Assembly (NCBI GenBank): GCA_025453555.1
Contig: JALOQC010000001.1
Span: 1 to 63,111, forward strand
Reading direction: 5' to 3'
DNA length: 63,111 nt
DNA from: Myxococcota bacterium
GTDB lineage: Bacteria > Myxococcota_A > Polyangia > Polyangiales > Houyiibacteriaceae
In this document: positions 54,083 to 63,111 of the stretch, piece by piece
How the letters are laid out: every line of letters starts with the position of its first letter
How positions within the stretch are numbered: the stretch's first letter is position 1
The notes under the pieces: generated by a model
What the model was told of the DNA's origin: nothing
The model's database searches: none
The model's input: only the letters and a program-made list of their open reading frames with translations
Program-made: the position numbers and the translations under genes

Positions 54083-55749
54083 TCCGCGAGGCTTCCGTCA
54101 CCCGCGACGTCCCGCATCACGCGTTCGACGCACACAGGTCGAAGCGCGACGTGTCACGCGCCCGCTCGTCGAACCTCGGCTTCGGGTTCGCTGTCTCCAT
54201 CACACTCGTCGCCATCACACTGGGCATCGCACTCGCCCTCGCGCTGCCCGGCGTCGCGCGCGCGCAGTTCACCTACGCCGATCCCGGCACGCTCATGGCG
54301 CCGAGCGGAGGCGCGCCGCGCGTCGGCGCGGGCCGCGTCGATCGCAACGTCTACGCGCCCGGCATGCTCTTCCCGATGGAGGGGCTCGCATGGGCCAACA
54401 GCCAGATCTACGGCTACGGCGGCTACATGGGTCCCGGCGGTGGGCAGTGCGACAGTCGGAATTACCGCTACCCGTGGTACGACAACTACTGCGAAGAGCG
54501 GAGCTGGGAGATGCCGCTCTGTCCCGGAGGTCGCGGTCATCAAGGGCAGGACATTCGCCCCGAGACGTGCCGTGACAAAGCCCATTGGGCGGTGGCGGCG
54601 ACGGACGGAATGATCACGAGCATCGGGACCTACAGCGTCTACCTCACGGCGGACGACGGCACGCGCTACGACTACCTGCACATGGATCCCGCGACGCTCG
54701 CGGTGAGCCGTGGGCAGCGCGTGCGCCGAGGGCAGCGCCTCGGGCTCGTGAGCGACGCCTTCGGATCGTCGAGCACCAGCATTCACCTGCACTTCAACAT
54801 CCGGAAGTTCGTGGCTGGAGTCGGCACCGTCTACGCGCCGACGTACATGAGCCTGATCGAGAGCTATCGCGAGCACATCGGCGCAGCGACCCCGGATTGG
54901 CGCGCGGAGTACGTGAACCAGACCTTCCCGCTGGCGAGCCGTCCCTTCGAGCTCGCGCCCGGCGAAGAGGTCGAGGGACATCTCGAGATGCGCAACACCG
55001 GCGCGCAGCCGTGGCGTCCGGGCGAGGTCTTCCTCGGCACCAGCAACCCGCGCGACGCGACGAGCGCGATCGCGAGCGCGGGCTGGGTCTCCGGCAACCG
55101 CGCGGCGACCGTGGATCGCGTGGTGGCGCCGGGCGAAACGGGGCGCTTCGTCTTCACCGTGCGCGCGCCCGACGCGCCGGGCGACTACCCACAGTTCTTC
55201 AACCTGCTGCGCGAGACGGTCGCGTGGTTCTCGGACGGCGGCGGTCCTCGCGACGACATCCTCCAAGTGCGCGTCACGGTCGTCGCGCCCGCGTGCCCAG
55301 CCGGGCTCGGCGAGGCGTGGGCCTGCGACGGTCCGGAGCGTCGACGCTGCGTCGGCGGCACGCTGGAGCGCGAGGCCTGCGCGATGGGCTGCGGCGACGG
55401 CGTCTGCCTGGAGGCGCCGCGCGACGACGACGGGGACGGTCACAACTCGAGCGTCGACTGCGACGACGCGCGCGCGGACGTGTTTCCGGGCGCGGTCGAG
55501 ACCTGCGGAGACGCCGTCGACCAAGACTGTGACGGAGCGGATCTCCCGTGCGACGGGGACGACGGCGGCGTCGCGCTCGCGGACGCGGGGGTGCGAGACG
55601 ACGCAGGGGACGCGACGCTCCCGGACGACGCGCGCACCGTGAAGGGCGGCTGCGCCGCCGGCGGAAGTGGCGCCGAGCTCTCGGGCCTGCTCGGACTGCT
55701 CCTGCTCGCGAGACGACGCCGCGCGCGAGCGTCCCGTCGCGCTTCGTGA
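54079..55749 (+). CDS. M23 family metallopeptidase with an Ig-like domain, a Cys/Asp-rich metal-binding-type module and a MYXO-CTERM tail
   Basis: This is the C-terminal 556 aa of ORF 53566..55749. M23 motifs are HQGQD (HxxxD) and IHLHF (HxH). It has DGDGHNSSVDCDDARADVFPGAVETCGDAVDQDCDG. The C-terminus is GGCAAGGSGAELSGLLGLLLLARRRR. Confidence 0.8.
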   Translation: MIREASVTRDVPHHAFDAHRSKRDVSRARSSNLGFGFAVSITLVAITLGIALALALPGVARAQFTYADPGTLMAPSGGAPRVGAGRVDRNVYAPGMLFPMEGLAWANSQIYGYGGYMGPGGGQCDSRNYRYPWYDNYCEERSWEMPLCPGGRGHQGQDIRPETCRDKAHWAVAATDGMITSIGTYSVYLTADDGTRYDYLHMDPATLAVSRGQRVRRGQRLGLVSDAFGSSSTSIHLHFNIRKFVAGVGTVYAPTYMSLIESYREHIGAATPDWRAEYVNQTFPLASRPFELAPGEEVEGHLEMRNTGAQPWRPGEVFLGTSNPRDATSAIASAGWVSGNRAATVDRVVAPGETGRFVFTVRAPDAPGDYPQFFNLLRETVAWFSDGGGPRDDILQVRVTVVAPACPAGLGEAWACDGPERRRCVGGTLEREACAMGCGDGVCLEAPRDDDGDGHNSSVDCDDARADVFPGAVETCGDAVDQDCDGADLPCDGDDGGVALADAGVRDDAGDATLPDDARTVKGGCAAGGSGAELSGLLGLLLLARRRRARASRRAS

Positions 55750-55867
55750 GCGAACGCGATTGAACGTCGAGCGGCGCGCACTCGGGTTCGAGAACTCCGC
55801 TCGGTTCGAGAAGGCGGCGGATCTCCCCGCGTGTCGGAAGGCCCCAGCCGAGCGAACCGTGAGGGCG

Positions 55868-56419
55868 TCAGCGCTTGCGCGCGTCTTCCGGGATCGGCGG
55901 CGGGTCGGTGCGCGTGCGCTTGCGGCCGCCTGCGATCGGTTGCTGCATCTCCGGCGGCGGCGGCGGCACGTCCGAGACGCGCAGCTCGAGGAAGCTGTCG
56001 CGCATGCTCTTCATGCGCTCGTCGATCGATTCCTCGAACTCGATGGTGAGCACGAGGTCTTGGTACTCCTCGGTCGCCATGCCGAGCGCGCGCGCGAGAT
56101 CGCGGATGAAGTCGCTCTCGCGCATGTCGTGCTGGCCGTCGGCGTCCGAGAGCTTCGCGATGAGCTCGAGGAGACGACGCTTCTTCATGGGCGGATCGGA
56201 GAGGAAGTCCTGCACCGTCGCGTCCATGTCGAAGTCGATGAGACGAAAGCCGCGGATGCGCTCCTCGACGTGGGCGGGCAGGGCGTCGGGCTTGCAGAGC
56301 AAGAGCTCGCCGAGCAGCCGCCGCGCGGCTTGATCCTCTTCGCCGACGATGGTGCCGTCACAGCTCAGGCCAGCCATCAGCAGGTCGACGATCACGAGGA
56401 TCCGATCACTGAGCTTCAT
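55868..56419 (-). CDS. TerB-like (tellurite-resistance TerB fold) domain protein
   Basis: ORF 55868..56455, with preferred start ATG 56419 (MKLSDRILVIVDLLMAG). Two CDG/ADG-type TerB-like segments are present (SCDGTIVGEEDQAARRLL, DADGQHDMRESDFIRDLARALG). Confidence 0.55.
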   Translation of the reverse strand: MKLSDRILVIVDLLMAGLSCDGTIVGEEDQAARRLLGELLLCKPDALPAHVEERIRGFRLIDFDMDATVQDFLSDPPMKKRRLLELIAKLSDADGQHDMRESDFIRDLARALGMATEEYQDLVLTIEFEESIDERMKSMRDSFLELRVSDVPPPPPEMQQPIAGGRKRTRTDPPPIPEDARKR

Positions 56420-56554
56420 GCGGGGCGTTGTGACACATTCACGCGGGCGCGGCATCCACGAGCGCGCGCTTCACACGCGCTCATGGGGTGATCGTCTACG
56501 GCACACGTGAGCGCTCGCGCCGCCGCGAGTCCGCTACCGCGCAGCGCGGGAGCG

Positions 56555-57562
56555 TCAGTCCTCGATCGAAGCGGCGTCGATCGCGGCGGCGGCTTCCGCC
56601 GTGAGCTCTCCGTCGAGCACGCGCCGCAGCCGCGGATCGTCGACCGCGCGCAGGTGACGCGCGGGGCGACCGTGACGCAGCGCGACGAGCTCCGCGGTGA
56701 CGCTGATCGCGATCTCCTCCGGGGTCACCGCGCCGAGGTCGAGCCCCACCGGCGCGTACACGCGATCGAGGGGTGGCAGCGGGCCGCGCACGTGGAGGCG
56801 ATGCAGGATGCGGAAGATCTTCCGGCGGCTCCCGATGAGCCCGAGGTAGCGGTGCGGGAGTCGCGCGAAGACGTCGAGGGCCTCTTCGTCGAGCGCATGA
56901 TCGTGGGTGACCACGAAGAGCCAGTCGTCGTCGCGGGGCGCGATCCGAGCGACCGCGGCGGCCGGCTCGGCGAGCACGCGCGTGCAGTCGGGGAAGCGCG
57001 CTTCGGTGTTCAGCTCCTCACGATCGTCGACCACCCAGACGTCGAAGCCGCACGTGCGCGCGAAGCCCGCGGTGGGCAGCGCGACGTGGCCCGCGCCGAA
57101 GATCACGAGACGAGGGCGCCCTTCGATCGGCTCCACGAAGACCTCCATTCGGCCGCCGCAGCACATCCCGAGATCGCCTCCGAGGTCGCGTCGGATCACG
57201 CGCGGCTTGCCGTCGATCAGGCATGCGCGGAGCTCCGCGAGCACGTCCTCTTCGATCGCGCCGCCGCCCACCGTGCCGGCGCGCTCGCCCGTCGAGGTCA
57301 GCAGGAGCCGTGCGCCGACGACCTGCGGGACGGAGCCGGTGGTCCGAATCACCGTCGCGAGCGCACCTCGGCCACCTTCGTCGAGCAATCGCAGCTGAGC
57401 GCGGGTCACGTCACGCACGAAAGCGAGCTTAGTCCGCTCGGCGCGATGGCGCAGCCACCAGGGTCGGGCTCGCGAGGTCCGATCGTGCAGCCCCGCGCTC
57501 GCGAGCCCCGCTGCGCACGTCGATCGAGCGCCCTCAACCCGCGGGCGCGGGATCGGGCTCAC
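56555..57562 (-). CDS. xdhC: XdhC family xanthine dehydrogenase accessory / molybdenum cofactor insertion protein
   Basis: ORF 56555..57562. Motifs include ALATVIRTTGSVPQVVGARLL, GGGAIEE, CGGRMEVFVEP and the Rossmann motif LVIFGAGHVA. The start is uncertain; GTG 57418 would avoid overlap with the upstream gene. Confidence 0.8.
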   Translation of the reverse strand: MSPIPRPRVEGARSTCAAGLASAGLHDRTSRARPWWLRHRAERTKLAFVRDVTRAQLRLLDEGGRGALATVIRTTGSVPQVVGARLLLTSTGERAGTVGGGAIEEDVLAELRACLIDGKPRVIRRDLGGDLGMCCGGRMEVFVEPIEGRPRLVIFGAGHVALPTAGFARTCGFDVWVVDDREELNTEARFPDCTRVLAEPAAAVARIAPRDDDWLFVVTHDHALDEEALDVFARLPHRYLGLIGSRRKIFRILHRLHVRGPLPPLDRVYAPVGLDLGAVTPEEIAISVTAELVALRHGRPARHLRAVDDPRLRRVLDGELTAEAAAAIDAASIED

Positions 57563-59483
57563 GCACGAGCTCGGGCAGCGGACCGCCGAAGAGCTCCGCC
57601 CACAGATCCTTCGCGGCCGACGCGAGCTCGTCGTTCGGGCGCGCTCGCAGGGCGAGGTGCAGGCGCGCGAGGGCTTCGCGGTCGACGCGGCGGCGCACGA
57701 GCAGCGGCGGGGTCTCGATCGCGAGGCGACGCGCGAGGCCCTCGTAGATCACGAGGATGCTGGAGCTCTCGACGGTGCCCCACGCGCGGCGGAGGAACAG
57801 GTGGCGACCGAAGAGCGCGAGGTTGACCTTCGCGACCTCGGGGGCGCGCGCGAGCTCGCTCAGGTACGCGCTCGTCTCCGCGATCCGCGCCCACGCGCGA
57901 TCGTCGCGCACGTGCTCCGGCGGGAACGCGTCTTGGGGGAGGCTCGGCTGGGCTTCGCCCGGAGGAGGGGGGCTTTCCGAACGACGCCCGGGAAATGGGT
58001 TGCCGAGTCGTTCGTGGAGCGTCGGCAGCGCGCGCGACATCACGCCAGCCGCGTAGTCGAGCCGATGCTGCGCTTCGTGGCGCTCGATGGAGCGCGCGAA
58101 GACGTCTTCCAGCGCGCCGTACGCGCGACGCGGGGCGTCCTCGCGCAGCTCGGAGGCGATCGACTCGAGCTCGCGCCACTGCGCGCGTGGGACGCGGTCC
58201 GCGATCGCGGCGTAGGACTCCGGGTCGAAGTCGAAGCCGCGCGGTCGCGTGATCACGAGATCCGGGAAACGCTCTTGAAAGCCGTCGAGGAGCGACTTGC
58301 GTCGCGCGAGCAGCGCGCCGAGCGCGAGCGCGTCGGGCGAGACGGAGCTCGCGAGCGCTCGTGCGTCCTCGCCCGCGGCTCGCTCGAGCTCGCGCACCCA
58401 CTCTCCCTCCGCGCCGGGGCCGTCGTCGAAGAGCGGCATGCCCGCGTCGTCGGCGAGGCTCGGGAGCACGAAGTCGACGAGGTGCGTCTCGATGCGCTCT
58501 TCGAGCACGAGCGCGTCGCGGACCTGCTCGCGTGTGAAGCCGAGCACGTTGCGCGCGATGGCGAGCCGATCGAGGCGCCGCAGCCGCAACACACGCACAC
58601 GTTCGTCGCCGCTGCGGTGGTGCGCGACGCGCTCGACGGTGAAGGTCGAGAGGTACACGCGGTTGCGACCGGGGCCGTCGGTGGTGCGTGAGAGCACCTC
58701 GGCGTCGACGTAGTAGCCGAGCCCGCGCTCCGCGATGGCGGCGTCGAGCGCGTCGATGGAGCGGAGGTGGCTGTCGGCGGCCGGCGCGGCGTCGTCCTCC
58801 ACGAGCGCGCGCGCTTGATCGAGCACCGCGTGCAGGAACGACGTGAAGTCGTCGCCGAGCGCGGCGCGGCTGCGCGCGATCAGCGTGGTGGTCTGGGCGT
58901 CGAGGTTCGCGACCTCCGGCGTCGATGCGCCCAGCTCGAGCCGCTGCTCGCGCGCGACGCGCAGGCGGTCGAGCGCGACGACCCAGCTCGGGAGCGCGTC
59001 CTCGAAGAGCGCGCGCACCTCCGGCGAGCCGGCGAGCGGGCGGCCTCCGACCTGCCACGCGTCCGCCCGTTCCTCGGCGGTCGCGCGCAGCGCGGTCGGG
59101 GGAAGGGTGAGCACGTAGACGAGCGCGCCGATCGCGAGGGTGGCGAGCGTAGTCACCACGACGAGCACCTTCGTCGGCCCGAAGCGTGTGGGCTCGCGCA
59201 GGGAGGCGCGCGCGGTCTCGTAGCGCACGCGCACCTCGTCGGGACCGTGGTGCGCGCCGTCGTCCACCCCGAGCACACCGAGGAAGGCGAGCCGATGCAC
59301 GTGTGCTTCGTCGCCGCCGCTCGGATCGTCGAGCTGCGCGCGCGCGACGGCGCGCTCGACGCGACCGCGCACGAGCCCTCGCACGAGCGGATCGAGCGCG
59401 GCGTAGGTCGCGCGCCGCGCGGCCGTGCGATCGACCGCATCGGCGATCGAAGCGAGCACCCAGAGCACGCGCGCGCGGAGCAT
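57534..59483 (-). CDS. Hypothetical membrane-anchored protein containing an HEXXH motif
   Basis: ORF 57534..59759. The preferred start is ATG 59483 (MLRARVLWVLASIADAV); upstream of it the frame only translates the hexamer repeat (LRLGLRLGPRLGLRP). There is one TM helix (VLVVVTTLATLAIGALVYVL) and the motif IERHEAQHRLDY. Confidence 0.6.
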   Translation of the reverse strand: MLRARVLWVLASIADAVDRTAARRATYAALDPLVRGLVRGRVERAVARAQLDDPSGGDEAHVHRLAFLGVLGVDDGAHHGPDEVRVRYETARASLREPTRFGPTKVLVVVTTLATLAIGALVYVLTLPPTALRATAEERADAWQVGGRPLAGSPEVRALFEDALPSWVVALDRLRVAREQRLELGASTPEVANLDAQTTTLIARSRAALGDDFTSFLHAVLDQARALVEDDAAPAADSHLRSIDALDAAIAERGLGYYVDAEVLSRTTDGPGRNRVYLSTFTVERVAHHRSGDERVRVLRLRRLDRLAIARNVLGFTREQVRDALVLEERIETHLVDFVLPSLADDAGMPLFDDGPGAEGEWVRELERAAGEDARALASSVSPDALALGALLARRKSLLDGFQERFPDLVITRPRGFDFDPESYAAIADRVPRAQWRELESIASELREDAPRRAYGALEDVFARSIERHEAQHRLDYAAGVMSRALPTLHERLGNPFPGRRSESPPPPGEAQPSLPQDAFPPEHVRDDRAWARIAETSAYLSELARAPEVAKVNLALFGRHLFLRRAWGTVESSSILVIYEGLARRLAIETPPLLVRRRVDREALARLHLALRARPNDELASAAKDLWAELFGGPLPELVREPDPAPAG

Positions 59484-59534
59484 CCCGCCGTTGGTAGCAC
59501 GTGGTGTGGAGATGCGTGGGCGATGGCGGGGGCG

Positions 59535-59576
59535 GAGACCGAGACGGGGACCGAGACGGAGACCGAGACGGAGACG
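59535..59576. repeat. Hexanucleotide tandem repeat (GRGACS)7
   Basis: GAGACC GAGACG GGGACC GAGACG GAGACC GAGACG GAGACG, read directly from the sequence. It lies in the divergent intergenic region between 59483(-) and 59659(+). Confidence 0.85.
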
Positions 59577-59658
59577 AGATGGGCGGCGAGACGGACACCG
59601 CGACGCAGACGGTGGCGAACGCGCGAGACCTCGCGTAGATCGCGCCTCGGAGGGGACC

Positions 59659-60102
59659 ATGGCTTCAGACGACGATCTCGCGCTGGCGGCGGCGCCCAAC
59701 CTCGAGGTGAAAGGCGCGGCCGGAGCGTGCGCGCTCTCGGGGCTCTTGCTCGTGCTCACGGGCGTGCAGATCCTCGGCGTGCGTTGGATCGACGACTGGA
59801 TGAACTACGGGCGCTTCGTGTTCATCGCGCTCGGCGTCGTGCTCTTCGTGCTCGCGCTGCGCATCTACCGCGGCGACCACCGCGCGAACCTCGTCGCGCT
59901 CGGCGTCGCGGGGCTCGCCGCCGCGGTCGGCGCGGGCTGGTTCTTCGTGACCTTCGGCTCGGTGCTCTCGCTCATGAACGTCGCGGCCGTCGGGATGACC
60001 GGGCTCGCGACGTTGCTCTGCGGCTTCTCGCTCGGTCACACGAAGAAGATGGACGCGGCGCGGCGTCGGCTCGCCGACGAGGGCATGAGCCTCGGGTTGT
60101 AG
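59659..60102 (+). CDS. Hypothetical small membrane protein
   Basis: This is the 3' 147 aa of ORF 59425..60102. ATG 59659 is preceded by GGAGGGG. It has four hydrophobic helices. Third-position GC favours this strand over the overlapping minus-strand ORF. Confidence 0.6.
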   Translation: MASDDDLALAAAPNLEVKGAAGACALSGLLLVLTGVQILGVRWIDDWMNYGRFVFIALGVVLFVLALRIYRGDHRANLVALGVAGLAAAVGAGWFFVTFGSVLSLMNVAAVGMTGLATLLCGFSLGHTKKMDAARRRLADEGMSLGL

Positions 60103-60133
60103 GCGACTCGTCGGAGGTTGGACGCACCACGCC

Positions 60134-60809
60134 TCACCCGCGCGGCTCGTCGGCGAGCTCCGCCTCGGCGCGCGCGCTGCGAGCAGGTCCTCGCCGAGCA
60201 GGAGCTTGCCGAGCTTCAGGCTGCCGCCGTCGACGAGGCCGACCTGCGCGTCGAAGTGGCGCCGGTTGAACCAGGTCCCGAAGATCAGGTCGAAGAGCGC
60301 GATGTCGCCGAAGTTGCCCCGATGAACGCCGCGTTGGTGATGCACGGCGTGCATCTCCGGGCGCGCGATCACGTAGCCGAGCCACGCGGGAGTGCGGAGA
60401 TTCGCGTGTTGGAACGTGGCGAGGATCATCGCGACGTTCGCGGCGAAGAGCGCGGCTTCGGGAACGAGCCCGACGAGCCAGACGAGGCCGAGGCTGGTGA
60501 CGAGCGACCATCCGATCATGTCGACCGGATGGAAGTAGTTCGCTCCGAAGACGTCGAAGCGCTCCGCGGCGTGGTGGGTCTGGTGAAACCGCCACAGAAC
60601 GGGCACCGCGTGCAGCAGGCGATGCCAGACGTACGCGACGAGCTCGTAGGCAGGAGACCGAGCAGCGCTTGGGCGCCGAACGAGAGATCCTTCAGCTCGA
60701 ACACCCGGTGGGAGGCGAGCAGCTCGTCCCACAGAAACGGCGCGTGCAGCGACGCCTCCAGGACGCGATGCGGCGCATCGCGGAGCACGATCCGGAGCTG
60801 GGCAAGCAC
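60134..60809 (-). pseudogene. Fatty acid hydroxylase / sterol desaturase superfamily gene split over two frames (apparent frameshift near 60650); 3' end unclear
   Basis: Frame A (ORF 60516..60809) has coding-like third-position GC until ...FGAQALLGLLP. Frame B (part of ORF 59665..60942) continues AYELVAYVWHRLLHAVPVLWRFHQTHH...HAVHH (His boxes). Frame B has no proper stop before it runs antisense into the 59659..60102 gene. Confidence 0.5.
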
Positions 60810-61083
60810 CTCGAGCGGAGCGTCCGTACGGGGATCCTCTGCGTGTACGACCTGGACGGGTGGTCGGTGACCGTCGGTGGAAGAGGTGAGGCGCGTGCGG
60901 GGCGTCGGGCGCGACCGGGGTTCGCGCGCGCTGAATCGTCATTCATTTTTGTCTTGACCCTGCGGGTCGCGTTTTCGAGGATGCGCGCGGCGACGGTTCT
61001 CGAACCGCGCCGAGCGACGAGCACAGGCCACGAGCAGAGGGCGACGGCGCGAGAGCGACCGCGAGAGCCGCAGGGGGTCCGAG

Positions 61084-62709
61084 ATGGGCGCGTTCCACCA
61101 CGAGCAGCGCTACCCGGTGCTGACGACGAAGGTCGACCGAAAGAGCGAGACGTTCCGGGGCAACCGCGAGGCCGCGCTGAAGGCGCTCGAGGAGATCCGC
61201 GGTCACGTCGCGAAGGCACACGAGGGCGGCGGCGCGAAGTACAACGAGCGGCACGTCGCGCGCGGGAAGCTCTTGCCGCGGCAGCGCGTGGAGCTGCTGC
61301 TCGATCGCGACTCGCCGTTCCTCGAGGTCGGAGCGCTCGCGGGCACCGGCATGCCGGGCGAGACGCCGGGCACGTCGGTGGTCGGCGGCGTGGGACGCGT
61401 GAGCGGCGTGGAGTGCCTGGTCGTCGCGAGCGAAGCGACGGTGAAGGGCGGCGCGATCACGCCGATGTCGATGGTGAAGACCGGGCGGCTCTCCGAGATC
61501 GCGGAACAGAACCGGCTGGTCGGCGTGAGCCTCATCGAGAGCGCGGGCGCCGACCTGCCGAACCAAGACAAGATCTTCGTGCCGGGCGGGGCGGGCTTTC
61601 GTTCGCTCACCCAGCGCAGCGAGCAGCAGGTTCCCACGGTGTGTCTGGTGTTCGGATCGAGCACCGCGGGCGGCGCGTACCTGCCCGGCATGAGCGACTA
61701 CGTGGTGATGGTGAAGGAGCAGGCGCAGGTCTACCTGGCCGGACCGCCGCTCGTGAAGATGGCGACCGGCGAAGAGACGGATCACGAGGAGCTCGGCGGC
61801 GCGCAGATGCATTCGCAGGTGAGCGGCGTGTCCGACTACCTCGCGGAGGACGAGCTCGACGCGCTGCGCATCGGGCGCGAGATCGTCGCGCACCTCGACT
61901 GGAGGAAGCCTTCGCGGCCGACGCTCCGCCCGATCGAGGAGCCGCTGCACGATCCGGAGGACCTGCTCGGCATCGCCTCGGCGGACATCCGGATTCCGTT
62001 CGATCAGCGCGAGGTGATCGCGCGCATCGTGGACGGGTCGCGCTTCTCGGAGTTCAAGCCGCTCTACGGGCAGACGATGCTCTGTGGCTGGGCCCACGTG
62101 CACGGCTACCCGGTGGGGATCCTCGCCAACAACGGCACGATCTTCAGCGAGTCGGCGAACAAAGCCGCGCAGTTCATCCAGCTCTGCAATCAAAACGACA
62201 TCCCTCTCGTGTACCTCCAGAACACGACCGGTTTCATGGTCGGCAAGAAGTACGAGCAAGAGGGCATCATCAAGAACGGAGCGAAGCTCATCAACGCCGT
62301 CTCGAACAGCACGGTGCCCGCGATCACCATCATGACCGGGTCGAGCTACGGCGCGGGCAACTACGCGATGAGCGGGCGGGCCTACAAGCCGCGCTTCTTG
62401 TTCACCTGGCCGAACCACAAGATCGCGGTCATGGGCGGCAAGCAGCTCGCGGGCGTGCTCGACATCATCCAGCGGGACGCGGCCGCCAAGAAGGGCGAGG
62501 CGGTGGACGAGCAGAAGCTCGGGGTGATGAAGGCGATGACCGAGAAGGGCATCGACGCGCAGTCGACCGCGCTCTTCGCGACCGCGCGCCTCTGGGACGA
62601 CGGAATCATCGATCCGCGCGACACCCGGACCGTGATCGCGCTCTGTCTCTCGGCCTCGTACAACGCGCCCGTCCACGGCACCACGAGCTGGGGTGTCTTC
62701 CGGCATTGA
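61084..62709 (+). CDS. Methylcrotonyl-CoA carboxylase carboxyltransferase (beta) subunit-like acyl-CoA carboxylase
   Basis: ORF 61084..62709. Features include ...[55 protein letters not shown] and [12 protein letters not shown]. Two carboxyltransferase halves are present. An alternative GTG start lies near 61117. Confidence 0.85.
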   Translation: MGAFHHEQRYPVLTTKVDRKSETFRGNREAALKALEEIRGHVAKAHEGGGAKYNERHVARGKLLPRQRVELLLDRDSPFLEVGALAGTGMPGETPGTSVVGGVGRVSGVECLVVASEATVKGGAITPMSMVKTGRLSEIAEQNRLVGVSLIESAGADLPNQDKIFVPGGAGFRSLTQRSEQQVPTVCLVFGSSTAGGAYLPGMSDYVVMVKEQAQVYLAGPPLVKMATGEETDHEELGGAQMHSQVSGVSDYLAEDELDALRIGREIVAHLDWRKPSRPTLRPIEEPLHDPEDLLGIASADIRIPFDQREVIARIVDGSRFSEFKPLYGQTMLCGWAHVHGYPVGILANNGTIFSESANKAAQFIQLCNQNDIPLVYLQNTTGFMVGKKYEQEGIIKNGAKLINAVSNSTVPAITIMTGSSYGAGNYAMSGRAYKPRFLFTWPNHKIAVMGGKQLAGVLDIIQRDAAAKKGEAVDEQKLGVMKAMTEKGIDAQSTALFATARLWDDGIIDPRDTRTVIALCLSASYNAPVHGTTSWGVFRH

Positions 62710-62782
62710 AGGGTGATCGGGTCTCGCCGATCCGCCGCAACGCTCCGCCCTGCGTCCCCGTCTCTTCGCTTCGAGGTCCCTC

Positions 62783-63111
62783 ATGAAGATCCGCCCCATT
62801 CGCAAGCTGCTCGTCGCCAACCGCGGCGAGATCGCGCGCCGCATCTTCCGCACCTGCCGCGCGCTCGGCATCGAGACGGTCGCGGTGTTCTCGGACGCCG
62901 ACGCCGACATGCCCTTCGTGCGCGAGGCCGACGAGGCGGTGCGCCTCGGGCCGGCGCCGAGCCGCGAGAGCTACCTCGTGATCGAGCGCATCCTCGACGC
63001 CGCGGCGCGCGCCGGCGCGGACGCGATCCATCCGGGCTACGGCTTCCTCGCCGAGAACGCGGGCTTCGCGCGTGCCGTCGCTGAGGCGGGCTTCGTCTTC
63101 GTGGGTCCGAC
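62783..63111 (+). CDS. Biotin carboxylase / acyl-CoA carboxylase alpha subunit; N-terminal part, running off the right edge
   Basis: My translation from ATG 62783 reads [53 protein letters not shown]...[15 protein letters not shown]. This is a canonical biotin carboxylase N-terminus. It is not in the ORF track because it has no in-window stop. Confidence 0.85.
   Translation, partial: MKIRPIRKLLVANRGEIARRIFRTCRALGIETVAVFSDADADMPFVREADEAVRLGPAPSRESYLVIERILDAAARAGADAIHPGYGFLAENAGFARAVAEAGFVFVGP

Noticed and set aside
60942-61084. AT-richer patch with TTGACC and the inverted repeat TTCGAG-N19-CTCGAA upstream of the carboxylase genes, as a possible promoter or operator
   Set aside because: The half-sites are short, the spacer is long, and there is no supporting second copy. 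It could easily occur by chance.

Overview
High-GC (about 70%) bacterial chromosome segment. Several features point to Myxococcota, probably a Sorangiineae or Sandaracinus-like organism: two MYXO-CTERM sorting tails, Myxococcus-type cysteine-rich repeats, three Hanks-type Ser/Thr kinases, many lipoproteins and PEGA domains. The window is densely coding. I support about 50 CDS, most of them sub-regions of the very long six-frame ORFs; the leading parts of those ORFs are stop-codon-poor, out-of-frame artefacts. Housekeeping and catabolic genes are argS (runs off the left edge), a long acyl-CoA dehydrogenase, dienelactone hydrolase, adenosine deaminase, TatD, xdhA/xdhB with a separated xdhC, and methylcrotonyl-CoA carboxylase beta and alpha subunits at the right edge. 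The most interesting region is a roughly 17 kb, same-strand, translationally coupled gene train (20613-37559). It encodes a GH3 acyl-acid amido synthetase, a Rieske oxygenase, two GNAT-like proteins, an RnfD-like/CRTAC1 fusion, an alpha/beta hydrolase, an ICMT-type methyltransferase, a desaturase, a TauE-type permease, an MMPL/RND exporter fused in frame to a signal-peptide-bearing domain, and a LolA-like protein. I read this as a candidate, uncharacterised envelope lipid or acyl-amide modification and export system. Other notable items are a lipoprotein with three SRCR domains, an internal EF-G gene fragment, an orphan C-terminal gene remnant, a frameshifted fatty-acid hydroxylase, several intergenic hexamer or 15-mer tandem repeat tracts, and repeated kinase plus TPR/PEGA/TM modules. 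I found no rRNA, tRNA, CRISPR array, transposase, integrase or recognisable defence system. All family assignments come from reading motifs by eye and need HMM or BLAST confirmation.
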